A stretch of 56,875 bases of DNA, taken from an uncultured bacterium (GTDB lineage Bacteria > Hydrothermota > Hydrothermia > WGAB01). Location: positions 1-56,875 of the forward strand of contig CAYQZW010000002.1 in assembly GCA_964422065.1 (NCBI GenBank), given 5' to 3'. A model generated the notes under the pieces. It was not told the DNA's origin, did not search any database, and was given only the letters and a program-made list of their open reading frames with translations. Numbering within the stretch: the first letter of the stretch is position 1; each line of letters begins with the position of its first letter. Below, one piece after another: positions 1 through 7,517 of the stretch. A program made the position numbers and the translations under genes.

Positions 1-12
1 GTCTCGTGTAGG

Positions 13-53
13 GGCGGATGGCGATCCGCCCGGGGCGGGCAGTTGCCCGCCCC
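13..53 (-). terminator. Two consecutive GC-rich hairpins downstream of the peroxiredoxin stop (possible terminator)
   Basis: GGCGGAT-ggcg-ATCCGCC (13-30) and a perfect 10-bp stem GGGGCGGGCA-gt-TGCCCGCCCC (32-53), starting 15 nt past the stop at 68. No clear U-tract. Confidence 0.35.
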
Positions 54-67
54 TCCAAAGTCCTGGT

Positions 68-631
68 TCAGATCTTCCCCACCAACTCCAAGCCGACCTT
101 CAAGGTCTCCTTGCCTGGCTCCCAACTCGCCGGACAAACCTCACCCGGATGCTCTCGGACGTATTTAGACGCCTGCAACTTCCGCAAGATCTCCTTCGCA
201 CTGCGCCCAATGCTGTTGTCGTGGATGTCCATCGCCTTCAATACCCCGTCCGGATCAATGATGAACGTCGCACGCAGGGAAACCCCCTCATCCTCCAGAT
301 AGGTGCCAAACATCCGACAGATCTTACCCGCCGGATCCGCTACCATGGGGTATCGGACCTTTGCGATGGCGGGAGAGGTGTCATGCCAGGCCTTGTGGAC
401 ATACGCCGTGTCCGTGCTCACACTCAGGATCTCCGCACCCAGTGCCTGGAACTCGTCATAGTGCTCCGCCAGTTCCTCCAACTCCGTAGGACACACAAAG
501 GTGAAATCCGCAGGATAGAAGGCCAGCACCACCCACTTTCCCCGGTAGTCTGAGAGCCGGATCTTCTGGATTTCATCATTAAAGTACGCATCCGCCTCAA
601 AGTCCGGTACAACTTGACCGATCTTGACCAT
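68..631 (-). CDS. Typical 2-Cys peroxiredoxin (AhpC/TSA family)
   Basis: 187-aa ORF. Peroxidatic-Cys motif FYPADFTFVCPTE and resolving-Cys motif GEVCPASW. AAGGAGGAAG SD upstream of the ATG. Confidence 0.93.
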   Translation of the reverse strand: MVKIGQVVPDFEADAYFNDEIQKIRLSDYRGKWVVLAFYPADFTFVCPTELEELAEHYDEFQALGAEILSVSTDTAYVHKAWHDTSPAIAKVRYPMVADPAGKICRMFGTYLEDEGVSLRATFIIDPDGVLKAMDIHDNSIGRSAKEILRKLQASKYVREHPGEVCPASWEPGKETLKVGLELVGKI

Positions 632-668
632 GGTTCTTCCTCCTTGATTTTTAGAATTGTTCCTAAAA

Positions 669-710
669 TGAAATCATTTCAATTATAGGGCATACGGAGT
701 TCCGATGCAA
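669..710 (-). promoter_or_regulatory. Sigma70-like promoter of the peroxiredoxin gene with a Fur-family (PerR-like) palindromic operator
   Basis: Minus strand: TTGCAT (710-705), 17-nt spacer, TATAAT (687-682). Directly downstream is a 6-1-6 palindrome TGAAAT-g-ATTTCA (681-669), the same geometry class as Fur/PerR boxes. A Fur-family gene lies immediately upstream. Confidence 0.5.
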
Positions 711-725
711 TCCTCTTGTTGATTG

Positions 726-1169
726 TTATGCGTCGCCCGATGGGGTCGTTTCTTGACGGCACGCTTTACAGATGCCCCGGAAGTAGATGTGGTATTCCAA
801 GACCTGATGCCCCTCCAGTTCCGAAGTCTGGGCTGGAGATAAATGAAACGATAGGTCATAAACCCTCCCGCACTTCAAACATTTGAAATGGCCGTGAGGG
901 GTGGTGTCAATGTCGTACCGGATCTCCAGATCCTCAATGGTCAACGCCAAGAGAAGACCTTTCTGGTAAAAGAGTTTGAGGGTGTTGTAAACGGTGGTTC
1001 GAGAAAGGGTGGGGATCTCGGGAGACAGGGCCTGGTAGACCTCCTCGGCGGTCGGATGGGTCCGGTGTCCGAGCAAATAATCCAGGATCTTCAGCCGATG
1101 AAACGATGGCTGAATGCCCTTTTGAATCAACATATCCTTGAGTTCTTCCATGCTTGCGGATGCTTTCAT
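726..1169 (-). CDS. Fur-family metalloregulator, PerR-like by context
   Basis: Winged-helix N-terminus (FHRLKILDYLLGHRTHPTAEEVY) and two CxxC pairs (CLKCGRV ... CKAC). Start set at ATG 1169 (GAAGGAGG 6 nt upstream, ATGA overlap with the upstream stop) instead of ORF-track 1217. Confidence 0.85.
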   Translation of the reverse strand: MKASASMEELKDMLIQKGIQPSFHRLKILDYLLGHRTHPTAEEVYQALSPEIPTLSRTTVYNTLKLFYQKGLLLALTIEDLEIRYDIDTTPHGHFKCLKCGRVYDLSFHLSPAQTSELEGHQVLEYHIYFRGICKACRQETTPSGDA

Positions 1170-1669
1170 GCGATCCTCCTTCGGTAGGCCTCCACAAACG
1201 GCGCCATGGAGGCACACACGGTTTCTAAAAACTCCTGATCCTTTGGTGTGAACGGGTGTCTCGTGTGGGAATCGATGTCCAGTTCGCCAATGAAGCGTCC
1301 CTCATAGAACACTGGGACAACGATCTCTGACTGCACGCGGGGGCTACACGAGAGGTAGTTCTCCTCCTGAGTGACGTCCTGGATGACCAGAGGCGCAAGG
1401 GAGACCGCAACACGTCCGCAAATCCCCCTTCCAAACGGGATCCGAACATGCTCCGTCGGTTCCCCTACAAACGGGCCCAGGACCAGCATCTCGGGCTCCT
1501 TTGGGTCCACCACATAAAACCCGACCCAGTCGTAATAGGGCACCTGTCGGTGAAGGACCTCACACACTTCCTGAAGCACCGACGCCGGATCCTGGGCTCC
1601 CTGCGCAAAGTGCCGGATATGGTCCCACAAGGACGCAAAATCAACCCCAAAATCGGTCTTCCCTGTCAT
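1166..1669 (-). CDS. msrC: GAF-domain free methionine-(R)-sulfoxide reductase-like protein
   Basis: GAF-fold motifs YDWVGFY, GRGICGRVA (active-site Cys motif of fRMsr/YebR type) and YLSCSPRVQSEIVVPV. Start set at internal ATG 1669 (GGGAGG upstream); ORF-track start 1792 is less likely. Confidence 0.75.
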   Translation of the reverse strand: MTGKTDFGVDFASLWDHIRHFAQGAQDPASVLQEVCEVLHRQVPYYDWVGFYVVDPKEPEMLVLGPFVGEPTEHVRIPFGRGICGRVAVSLAPLVIQDVTQEENYLSCSPRVQSEIVVPVFYEGRFIGELDIDSHTRHPFTPKDQEFLETVCASMAPFVEAYRRRIA

Positions 1670-1832
1670 CGTCTTCTGAACCTCCCATTCCACGGAAAAA
1701 GCGGAATTTTTGTCTAACGCAATTATGCGATAAAAGGGTAAAAAATTCAAGTCTGAAACGAATTCACATCCAGGACCTTCGGCCTGGTTCAAAAGTTCCC
1801 ACCTGTACCCGGGAACCCCACTCCCCTACGCC

Positions 1833-1862
1833 TTGGAGCACCTGGAAAATGCCCCTTATAAT
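1833..1862 (+). promoter_or_regulatory. Sigma70-like promoter for the thiolase-fold gene pair
   Basis: TTGGAG (1833-1838), 18-nt spacer, TATAAT (1857-1862), followed by an AAAGGAGGA SD before ATG 1889. Confidence 0.4.
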
Positions 1863-1888
1863 TTGCCCAGCAAAAGGAGGAACGGCCT

Positions 1889-3040
1889 ATGCATCATCGT
1901 GTTGCGATCATCGGGGTCGGGTATACCCCCCTTCGTTCCGTGTCTCCAGACGTTTCGTTCCGAGAAATGATCTTTGAGGCAGCCGTCCAAGCCTATGAAG
2001 ACGCAGGGATCCATCCCAAAGATGTGGATACCTTCGTCTCCATTGCCGAGGACTACCTGGAGGGGACCGCGATCTTTGACGAGTATGTACCGGATCAACT
2101 GGGCGCAGTCCTGAAGCCGGTCCACACGATCACCGCAGACGGCATCACCGGGCTCGCTGCCGCCTATCTCCAACTCCAAACCGGACGGTTCAAAATCGCC
2201 GTAATTGAAGGGCACTCCAAGGCCAGCAACATCCTCCGCCCCTCGCACATTGAAGCGCTTGCCCTGGACCCGATCTTCGTCCGTCCCCTCGGCCTCAATC
2301 CGAAGTTCATCGCCGGGCTGGACATGCAGGCCTATCTCGCGGAAAACGATCTGGACGAGGCGCAGGTCGCCATGGTCGTCGAAAAGAACCGAAACAACGC
2401 CCTCCGCAACCCACGTGCCGCTTACCCCTCAAGCCTGGATTTCACAGATGTCCTGGACTCCCCTTACCTTGCGGAACCCCTCAAGGAGTTGGAAGTCGCC
2501 CAAACCGCGGACGGTGCAGTCGTGCTGGTCCTGGCCACGGAAGACGTGGCTCGGTCTCTCCGCGATGACCCCGTCTACATCCAGGGGATTGGCTGGATCG
2601 AAGATACCCCGAACCTTGACCGGTGGCCCTGGGGCGCCGCACACTACGCAGAAATCGCCGCACTCATGGCCTACGATATGGCCGGGATCAAATCCCCCTT
2701 AGACGAAATTGATGTGGCGGAAATCGACGATACCTTTGCCTATAAAGAACTCCAACATCTGGAGGCCCTCCGGTTCGCCGATCCCGGCGAAGCTGCACAC
2801 CTCCTGGAAGAAGGGTTCTTTGATCTGGACGGCATCCTGCCCGTAAACCCCTCCGGCGGTAACCTCGGTTGCGGCTACACCTACGACATGTCGGGCCTGC
2901 GTGCGGTCGCTGAAATCGTCCTCCAACTCCGTGGAGAAGCCGGCGAACATCAGATCCCCAATGCAGAAGTCGGCCTGGCACAGTCCTGGCGCGGCATCCC
3001 CACCGCCATGGGGGGTGTGGTCATCCTTACGAACGCTTAG
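1889..3040 (+). CDS. Thiolase-fold (SCP-x/archaeal-type) protein, catalytic motifs substituted
   Basis: 383 aa. N-terminus HRVAIIGVGYTP and C-terminal VNPSGGNLG, the layout of SCP-x-type thiolases. The nucleophile motif reads TADGITG, HDCF reads DDTF and GHP reads GYT. There is only one Cys in the protein. Confidence 0.8.
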   Translation: MHHRVAIIGVGYTPLRSVSPDVSFREMIFEAAVQAYEDAGIHPKDVDTFVSIAEDYLEGTAIFDEYVPDQLGAVLKPVHTITADGITGLAAAYLQLQTGRFKIAVIEGHSKASNILRPSHIEALALDPIFVRPLGLNPKFIAGLDMQAYLAENDLDEAQVAMVVEKNRNNALRNPRAAYPSSLDFTDVLDSPYLAEPLKELEVAQTADGAVVLVLATEDVARSLRDDPVYIQGIGWIEDTPNLDRWPWGAAHYAEIAALMAYDMAGIKSPLDEIDVAEIDDTFAYKELQHLEALRFADPGEAAHLLEEGFFDLDGILPVNPSGGNLGCGYTYDMSGLRAVAEIVLQLRGEAGEHQIPNAEVGLAQSWRGIPTAMGGVVILTNA

Positions 3041-3051
3041 GAGGTCGGACC

Positions 3052-4230
3052 ATGGCATTCCAACAAAAAGTTGCAGTCTTAGGCGCGGGCATCACGAAAT
3101 TTATGCGCAGGGCCAAAGAGACCTCAAAAGAACTGGCCTTTGAAGCCGTAAAAATGGCCCTGGAAGACGCAGACATGACGATTGATGACATTGATTGCGT
3201 CGTCCTGGTCACCGCTCCGGACGCCTTTGATGGCGTACACATGAATGGGGAGTACCTGGCCGAGGCGGCCGGTGCCCGGAGAAAACCCTACATGCGGTCC
3301 TATGTTGGCGGGGGGTCCGGCGTCTTTGCCATCATCCACGGCTGGTATCACGTGGCCTCCGGCCACTTCAACACCTGTCTGGTCGTCGCCGAAGAAAAAA
3401 TGTCCGCTGCCCAGCCTCATCCCCAGGGCGTCTTCAACGCCATCTATGACCAATTCCTGGAACGGCCCCTCGGAGTCAACCTCCTCTGGATCTTCTCTCT
3501 GGAAATGAACCGTTACATGCAGGTCCACAAGGTCCCACTGGAGACCATCGCCAAGGTCTCCATCAAAAACAAGCGAAACGCCCTGGACAACCCGGTCGCC
3601 CAGGATGGCATCCCTGGCAATTACACGGTGGAAGAGATCCTTTCCTCTGAAGTGATGGTCTGGCCGGTCCACCGCCTGATGGTCTCTCCGGTGACCGATG
3701 GTGCGGCGGCCCTGGTGCTGGCCTCAGAACGTGAAGCCAAACGCCGGACAGACCGCCCGGTCTGGATTGAAGGCGTCGGCTGGTGCCTGGATACCTCCTA
3801 TTGGACCAATCGGGATCTTTACTACCCCAAGTACGTGGAGTACGCGGCGCGGATGGCCTACGAGATGGCTGGGATCAAAGACCCGAAAAAGGAGATCCAC
3901 GTCGTGGAACCCTATGACCCGTTTGCCTACAAAGAACTCCACCACCTGGAGGGGCTCCAGTTGGCGGAACCGGGCGAGGCCCCGAAACTTCTCGAACAGG
4001 GGTTCTGGGATCGGGATACGGAAACGGGGATTCCTGCGAGCCCGTCCGGAGGCCTGCTGGGGGTTGGCAACCCGATCGCCGCAGCCGGCCTGATGAAGGT
4101 CATTGAGATCTACCTCCAGGTCAAGGGCGAGGCGGGCCCCAGACAGGTCAAACGCGAAGTACGCCGCGGGGTCGCACAGGCCTGGGGCGACCTGATGCAG
4201 GTTGGGACCGTCGTCGTCCTCGGACGATAA
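3052..4230 (+). CDS. Thiolase-fold (SCP-x/archaeal-type) protein paralogue, catalytic motifs substituted
   Basis: 392 aa. KVAVLGAGITKF and ASPSGGLLG. The nucleophile motif reads VGGGSGV, HDCF reads YDPF and GHP reads GNP. Paralogous to the preceding ORF. Confidence 0.8.
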   Translation: MAFQQKVAVLGAGITKFMRRAKETSKELAFEAVKMALEDADMTIDDIDCVVLVTAPDAFDGVHMNGEYLAEAAGARRKPYMRSYVGGGSGVFAIIHGWYHVASGHFNTCLVVAEEKMSAAQPHPQGVFNAIYDQFLERPLGVNLLWIFSLEMNRYMQVHKVPLETIAKVSIKNKRNALDNPVAQDGIPGNYTVEEILSSEVMVWPVHRLMVSPVTDGAAALVLASEREAKRRTDRPVWIEGVGWCLDTSYWTNRDLYYPKYVEYAARMAYEMAGIKDPKKEIHVVEPYDPFAYKELHHLEGLQLAEPGEAPKLLEQGFWDRDTETGIPASPSGGLLGVGNPIAAAGLMKVIEIYLQVKGEAGPRQVKREVRRGVAQAWGDLMQVGTVVVLGR

Positions 4231-4252
4231 CGGACTCCCCTCCCCTGGATCG

Positions 4253-4290
4253 AAAAAACAACGGCGGGCCGAAATCGGCCCGCCGTTCCA
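4253..4290. terminator. Bidirectional intrinsic-terminator-like hairpin between convergent thiolase-fold and citrate synthase genes
   Basis: Stem ACGGCGGGCCG / CGGCCCGCCGT (4261-4286) with a small loop. The A-run at 4253-4258 becomes a U-run after the hairpin on the minus strand (citrate synthase transcript). Confidence 0.6.
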
Positions 4291-4309
4291 TTTCCTCATC
4301 CAACCGGGG

Positions 4310-5608
4310 TTACTGGATGTTCTCTTTGAGCCACTCGAGCGTGACAGACTTCGGCCGTTCAATGGGCAAGCCCAACCCTCGGTCCCAGATCAACTGGCTC
4401 ACTATGCCGATCGAACGGGAAACCCCAAAGAACACCGTGTAGTAGTCAAACTCCCGGATGCCGTAGTGGTACAACAACACGCCAGAGTGGGCATCCACAT
4501 TGGGCCACGGGTTTTTGGCTTTGCCATGCTTCATCAGGACCGGCGGGATGACTTCATAAAGCATGCTGACGATCTGGAAAATCTCGTCATCCGGCAGGTA
4601 CTTCAACGCAAACTCTCGGAACGCCGTATACCGGGGATCGGTCTTCCTCAAAACCGCATGGCCGAACCCGGGGATCACTTTGCCGGCGTTCAGGGTATCC
4701 CACGCATACTTCTCAATGTCCTCCTTGGTCGGCATCCTGTCGCCAAAGGACGCCTTGAGTTCAAGGATCCAGCGGAGGACCTCCTGGTTGGCCAGGCCAT
4801 GCAGGGGACCGGCCAGTCCGTTCATCGCCGACGAAATGGCAAGATAGGGCGAAGATAACGCGGAACCCACCAGATGCCCCGTGTGCGCACTGACATTGCC
4901 ACCTTCATGGTCGCTGTGCAAGACCAGATAGAGGCGCATCAGTTCGTAGACCTCAGGCTCGTCATAGCCCAACATGTGCGCATAGTTCGCCGCCCAGTCT
5001 AAGGAGGGGTCCGGATCAATCTGTTGGTCATCCTTATAGAGGTATCGGTACACAAAGGCCGCAATGATCGGGAGCCGCGCCAACAGGTCCATGGCATCCT
5101 CGTAGGTGTACTCCCAGTATTGGGCCTTGGGGATGCCTTCACGATAAGCCTTGGCAAACTTGGACTCGTTTTGAAGCGCGAGAATTCCCAAGGAGAAGAG
5201 GGTCATGGGATGGCTGTCCTTCGGCATGGCACGGATCGTGTCAAACACATAGCCAGGAACCTCCATCCGCTTCTTGAACTCCTCCTGGATCTCCTTGACG
5301 TTCTCCTCGGTCGGCAGGTCGCCCGTCACGAGCAGATAGAAAATCCCTTCGGGAAGGGGCTCTTCACCACCTGGCGCTTTCGGCAACTTTTCCCGGACCT
5401 CAGGAATGGTGTACCCGCGGAATCGGATCCCCTCATAGGGATCCAGCAGGGAGCCCTCCCAAACCATACACTTGACCCCCCGCATCCCGCGGTAAGCCTG
5501 ATTGACCGTGACCTCGGACAGGATCTTTTCCCCATGCTCCTTGAGGAACGCCGAGGTCTCCTCCGCACGCTTCTGGATTTTAGACCTTAGGGTATCTTTT
5601 AAGCCCAT
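4310..5608 (-). CDS. gltA: Citrate synthase, mitochondrial/eukaryotic-like type
   Basis: 432 aa, collinear with pig-heart-type citrate synthase as I recall it. Shared motifs: GMRG.K, LDPDEGIRFRGY-like LDPYEGIRFRGY, HSDHEGGNVSAHT, GLAGPLHGLANQEVL, GHAVLRKTDPRY, NPWPNVDAHSGVLL. Confidence 0.93.
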   Translation of the reverse strand: MGLKDTLRSKIQKRAEETSAFLKEHGEKILSEVTVNQAYRGMRGVKCMVWEGSLLDPYEGIRFRGYTIPEVREKLPKAPGGEEPLPEGIFYLLVTGDLPTEENVKEIQEEFKKRMEVPGYVFDTIRAMPKDSHPMTLFSLGILALQNESKFAKAYREGIPKAQYWEYTYEDAMDLLARLPIIAAFVYRYLYKDDQQIDPDPSLDWAANYAHMLGYDEPEVYELMRLYLVLHSDHEGGNVSAHTGHLVGSALSSPYLAISSAMNGLAGPLHGLANQEVLRWILELKASFGDRMPTKEDIEKYAWDTLNAGKVIPGFGHAVLRKTDPRYTAFREFALKYLPDDEIFQIVSMLYEVIPPVLMKHGKAKNPWPNVDAHSGVLLYHYGIREFDYYTVFFGVSRSIGIVSQLIWDRGLGLPIERPKSVTLEWLKENIQ

Positions 5609-5711
5609 TGTAGACCTCCTTTTGGTCGGACTCCCTCATTATAAGGAATGGCCACCCTGGCTTCAACGAATCTTATGGAATTTCAAGGTTTTGGCAGGAC
5701 AAGAGGGCGGC

Positions 5712-6686
5712 TCAGGCTTCCACGGAAAGGTTGCGCGCCCGGATCTCCTCCAGAAGTTCCCGGGGCAACGCAAAGGTCACCCGCTCCTCGGTCGTGACGA
5801 TCTCCTCCGGCTGGGCTCCCCCCAGACGCTGGAGTCGGTCTAAGACTTCAGAAACCAGAATCTCCGGGGTAGAGGCCCCCGAGGTGACCCCCACCGCACG
5901 CACCCCATCCAACCAGGACTCCTCAATTTCACTCTTGTCCATGATCAGATAGGCCCGGACCCCTTGATGCTCCGCAACTTCCCGAAGCCGGTTGCTGTTG
6001 GAACTCGTTCGGGAGCCGATGACCAGAATCAGATCACAGCGCTCAGCCAGCCGTTTCACCGCGTCCTGCCGGTTTTGTGTCGCATAGCAGATGTCGTCCG
6101 CCTTGGGGGTCCGGAGGTGAGGGAACCGGCGCTTCAGGACCGCCAGAATCTCTCGTGTGTCATCCACGGACAGGGTGGTTTGCGTAATGACCGCCACCTT
6201 CTCGGGGTTTGGGACCTGGACGGTCTCCGCATCGTGGACCGTCTCAATCAGGAGGATCCGATCCGGTGCCTCACCCATCGTCCCCTCCACCTCCACATGG
6301 CCGCGGTGTCCGATCAGGAAGATCGTGTAGCCCGCCTCCGCATACTTCCGGGCCTCCACATGCACCTTGGTCACCAACGGACAGGTGGCATCAATGACCT
6401 TGAGGCCTCGTTGCCGGGCCTCCTCCCGAACCGCAGGCGAGACCCCGTGAGCAGAGAAAATCGTGACCGCACCCTCCGGGATCTCAGAGATCTCTTCCAC
6501 GAAGACCGCCCCCTCCTCTTCCAGATGTTTGACCACCCATTGGTTATGGACGATCGCATGGCGGACATAGATGGGCGGACCATAAAGTTTTAATGCCAGT
6601 TTGACGATATCAATGGCCCGGTCAACCCCTGCGCAGAACCCACGTGGCCGGGCAATGTAGATTTTGAAACGGGGATTTTTAGGCAT
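5712..6686 (-). CDS. ispH: 4-hydroxy-3-methylbut-2-enyl diphosphate reductase
   Basis: 324 aa. RGFCAGVDRAI, ATCPLVTKVH, and DDICYATQNRQ motifs carrying the three cluster cysteines. Confidence 0.92.
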   Translation of the reverse strand: MPKNPRFKIYIARPRGFCAGVDRAIDIVKLALKLYGPPIYVRHAIVHNQWVVKHLEEEGAVFVEEISEIPEGAVTIFSAHGVSPAVREEARQRGLKVIDATCPLVTKVHVEARKYAEAGYTIFLIGHRGHVEVEGTMGEAPDRILLIETVHDAETVQVPNPEKVAVITQTTLSVDDTREILAVLKRRFPHLRTPKADDICYATQNRQDAVKRLAERCDLILVIGSRTSSNSNRLREVAEHQGVRAYLIMDKSEIEESWLDGVRAVGVTSGASTPEILVSEVLDRLQRLGGAQPEEIVTTEERVTFALPRELLEEIRARNLSVEA

Positions 6687-6692
6687 GCCAGA

Positions 6693-6721
6693 GTTATAAA
6701 CTGAAACATTGTGATACGCAA
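6693..6721 (-). promoter_or_regulatory. ispH promoter predicting a leaderless or near-leaderless mRNA
   Basis: Minus strand: TTGCGT (6721-6716), 17-nt spacer, TATAAC (6698-6693). Only 6 nt lie between the -10 and ATG 6686, and there is no SD. Confidence 0.45.
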
Positions 6722-7485
6722 CCCTTCTTCCCAGGACACCTCGGAGATCTCACGCGTACCCCAAGCCCTCTGACTCATCCCAGCCTCTCTTGTCTCCCAC
6801 TCTTCTTGCGAATCAGCGAGGGGGCGAGAAGAATGCTGAAAATATACCTCCGATCAAGACTGAGCGCGGAAGACTCCATCCTGGCTTGTGTATACCTGCT
6901 ACCCCATGCTCCACAAACCCCTCCTTCTTTGGGGGAGAGGGGCCTGCTTTGCCCACCAATGGACGATCCCTGAACGATCGGTGTCTCTTGTCCGTCGGAT
7001 GGTGCCGTATGGAGCCGGCATCCTGTCTCCTCCAGAGAACCTCCGCCGTTGACTTGGCACGACATCCCGTCCACACACCACAAAGCCTTTTGATCCCCAA
7101 GAACCTACCATGATTCTCCCTTTTAGGCTGGGGGAGTCTCCTCGTACGGGTCACTTCAGCAGCGTCCCCACTTCCTTCCTGAGGCCAGGGGTTCGAATCC
7201 GAATCCGCGGCTAACCTATGTTCGGACAGATCGGTGACACTTGGAATTTTAGTGTCATCTTTCCTCCACGCCAGGGTTCGGCCGGTCTCACTGAAGAAAC
7301 AGATTGAGCCGCAATCCAAACTCCCCGATTTTCAGGAAGGGGCCGGAGGAGTGTGAGATCCGTAGGTGCGGGGTGGACTGAGATTAGGCCTCCCCAGGAA
7401 AGAAGGCCCCTTATCAAATACATCGGATGCACTGTAAAAGGGACCCGGGGGTGTACCGCGCGATGAAACCCCAAGGAACGAGGCG

Positions 7486-7491
7486 TATAAT
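7486..7491 (+). promoter_or_regulatory. Candidate -10 box for the nuoG operon
   Basis: TATAAT 26 nt upstream of ATG 7518. The -35 region is weak (ATGAAA-like). Confidence 0.3.
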
Positions 7492-7517
7492 TGAGGCCTT
7501 GAGCACTTCTCAATATC

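Noticed and set aside
7165-7190. SRP-RNA-like CAGGAAGGAAG on the minus strand
   Set aside because: The flanks cannot close a GGAA tetraloop helix 8 (CA/GG instead of CC/GG), and the AGCAGCC 3' side is absent.
7120-7215. tRNA or tmRNA suggested by GGTTCGAATCC, and GGAUUCGGAUUCGAAC on the opposite strand
   Set aside because: The T-stem pairs only 2 bp (AGGGG versus CCGAA). No acceptor stem, CCA-proximal pairing or tag-peptide reading frame could be built. It is kept only as a possible relic within the orphan-region finding.
7259-7266. RNase P P4-like GAGGAAAG on the minus strand
   Set aside because: It continues as GAUGACAC rather than UCCGGGC. No GGUAAGAGCGCACC or ACAGAACCCGGCUUA elements occur anywhere in the gap.
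7355-7450. TPP-riboswitch-like fragments (GGGGUGGACUGAGA ... AUCGGAUGCACUGUAAAAGGGA) upstream of nuoG
   Set aside because: It lacks the P3 hairpin between GGGGUG and CUGAGA and the conserved CCUGAUCUGGAUAAUGCC core. The downstream gene is unrelated to thiamine.
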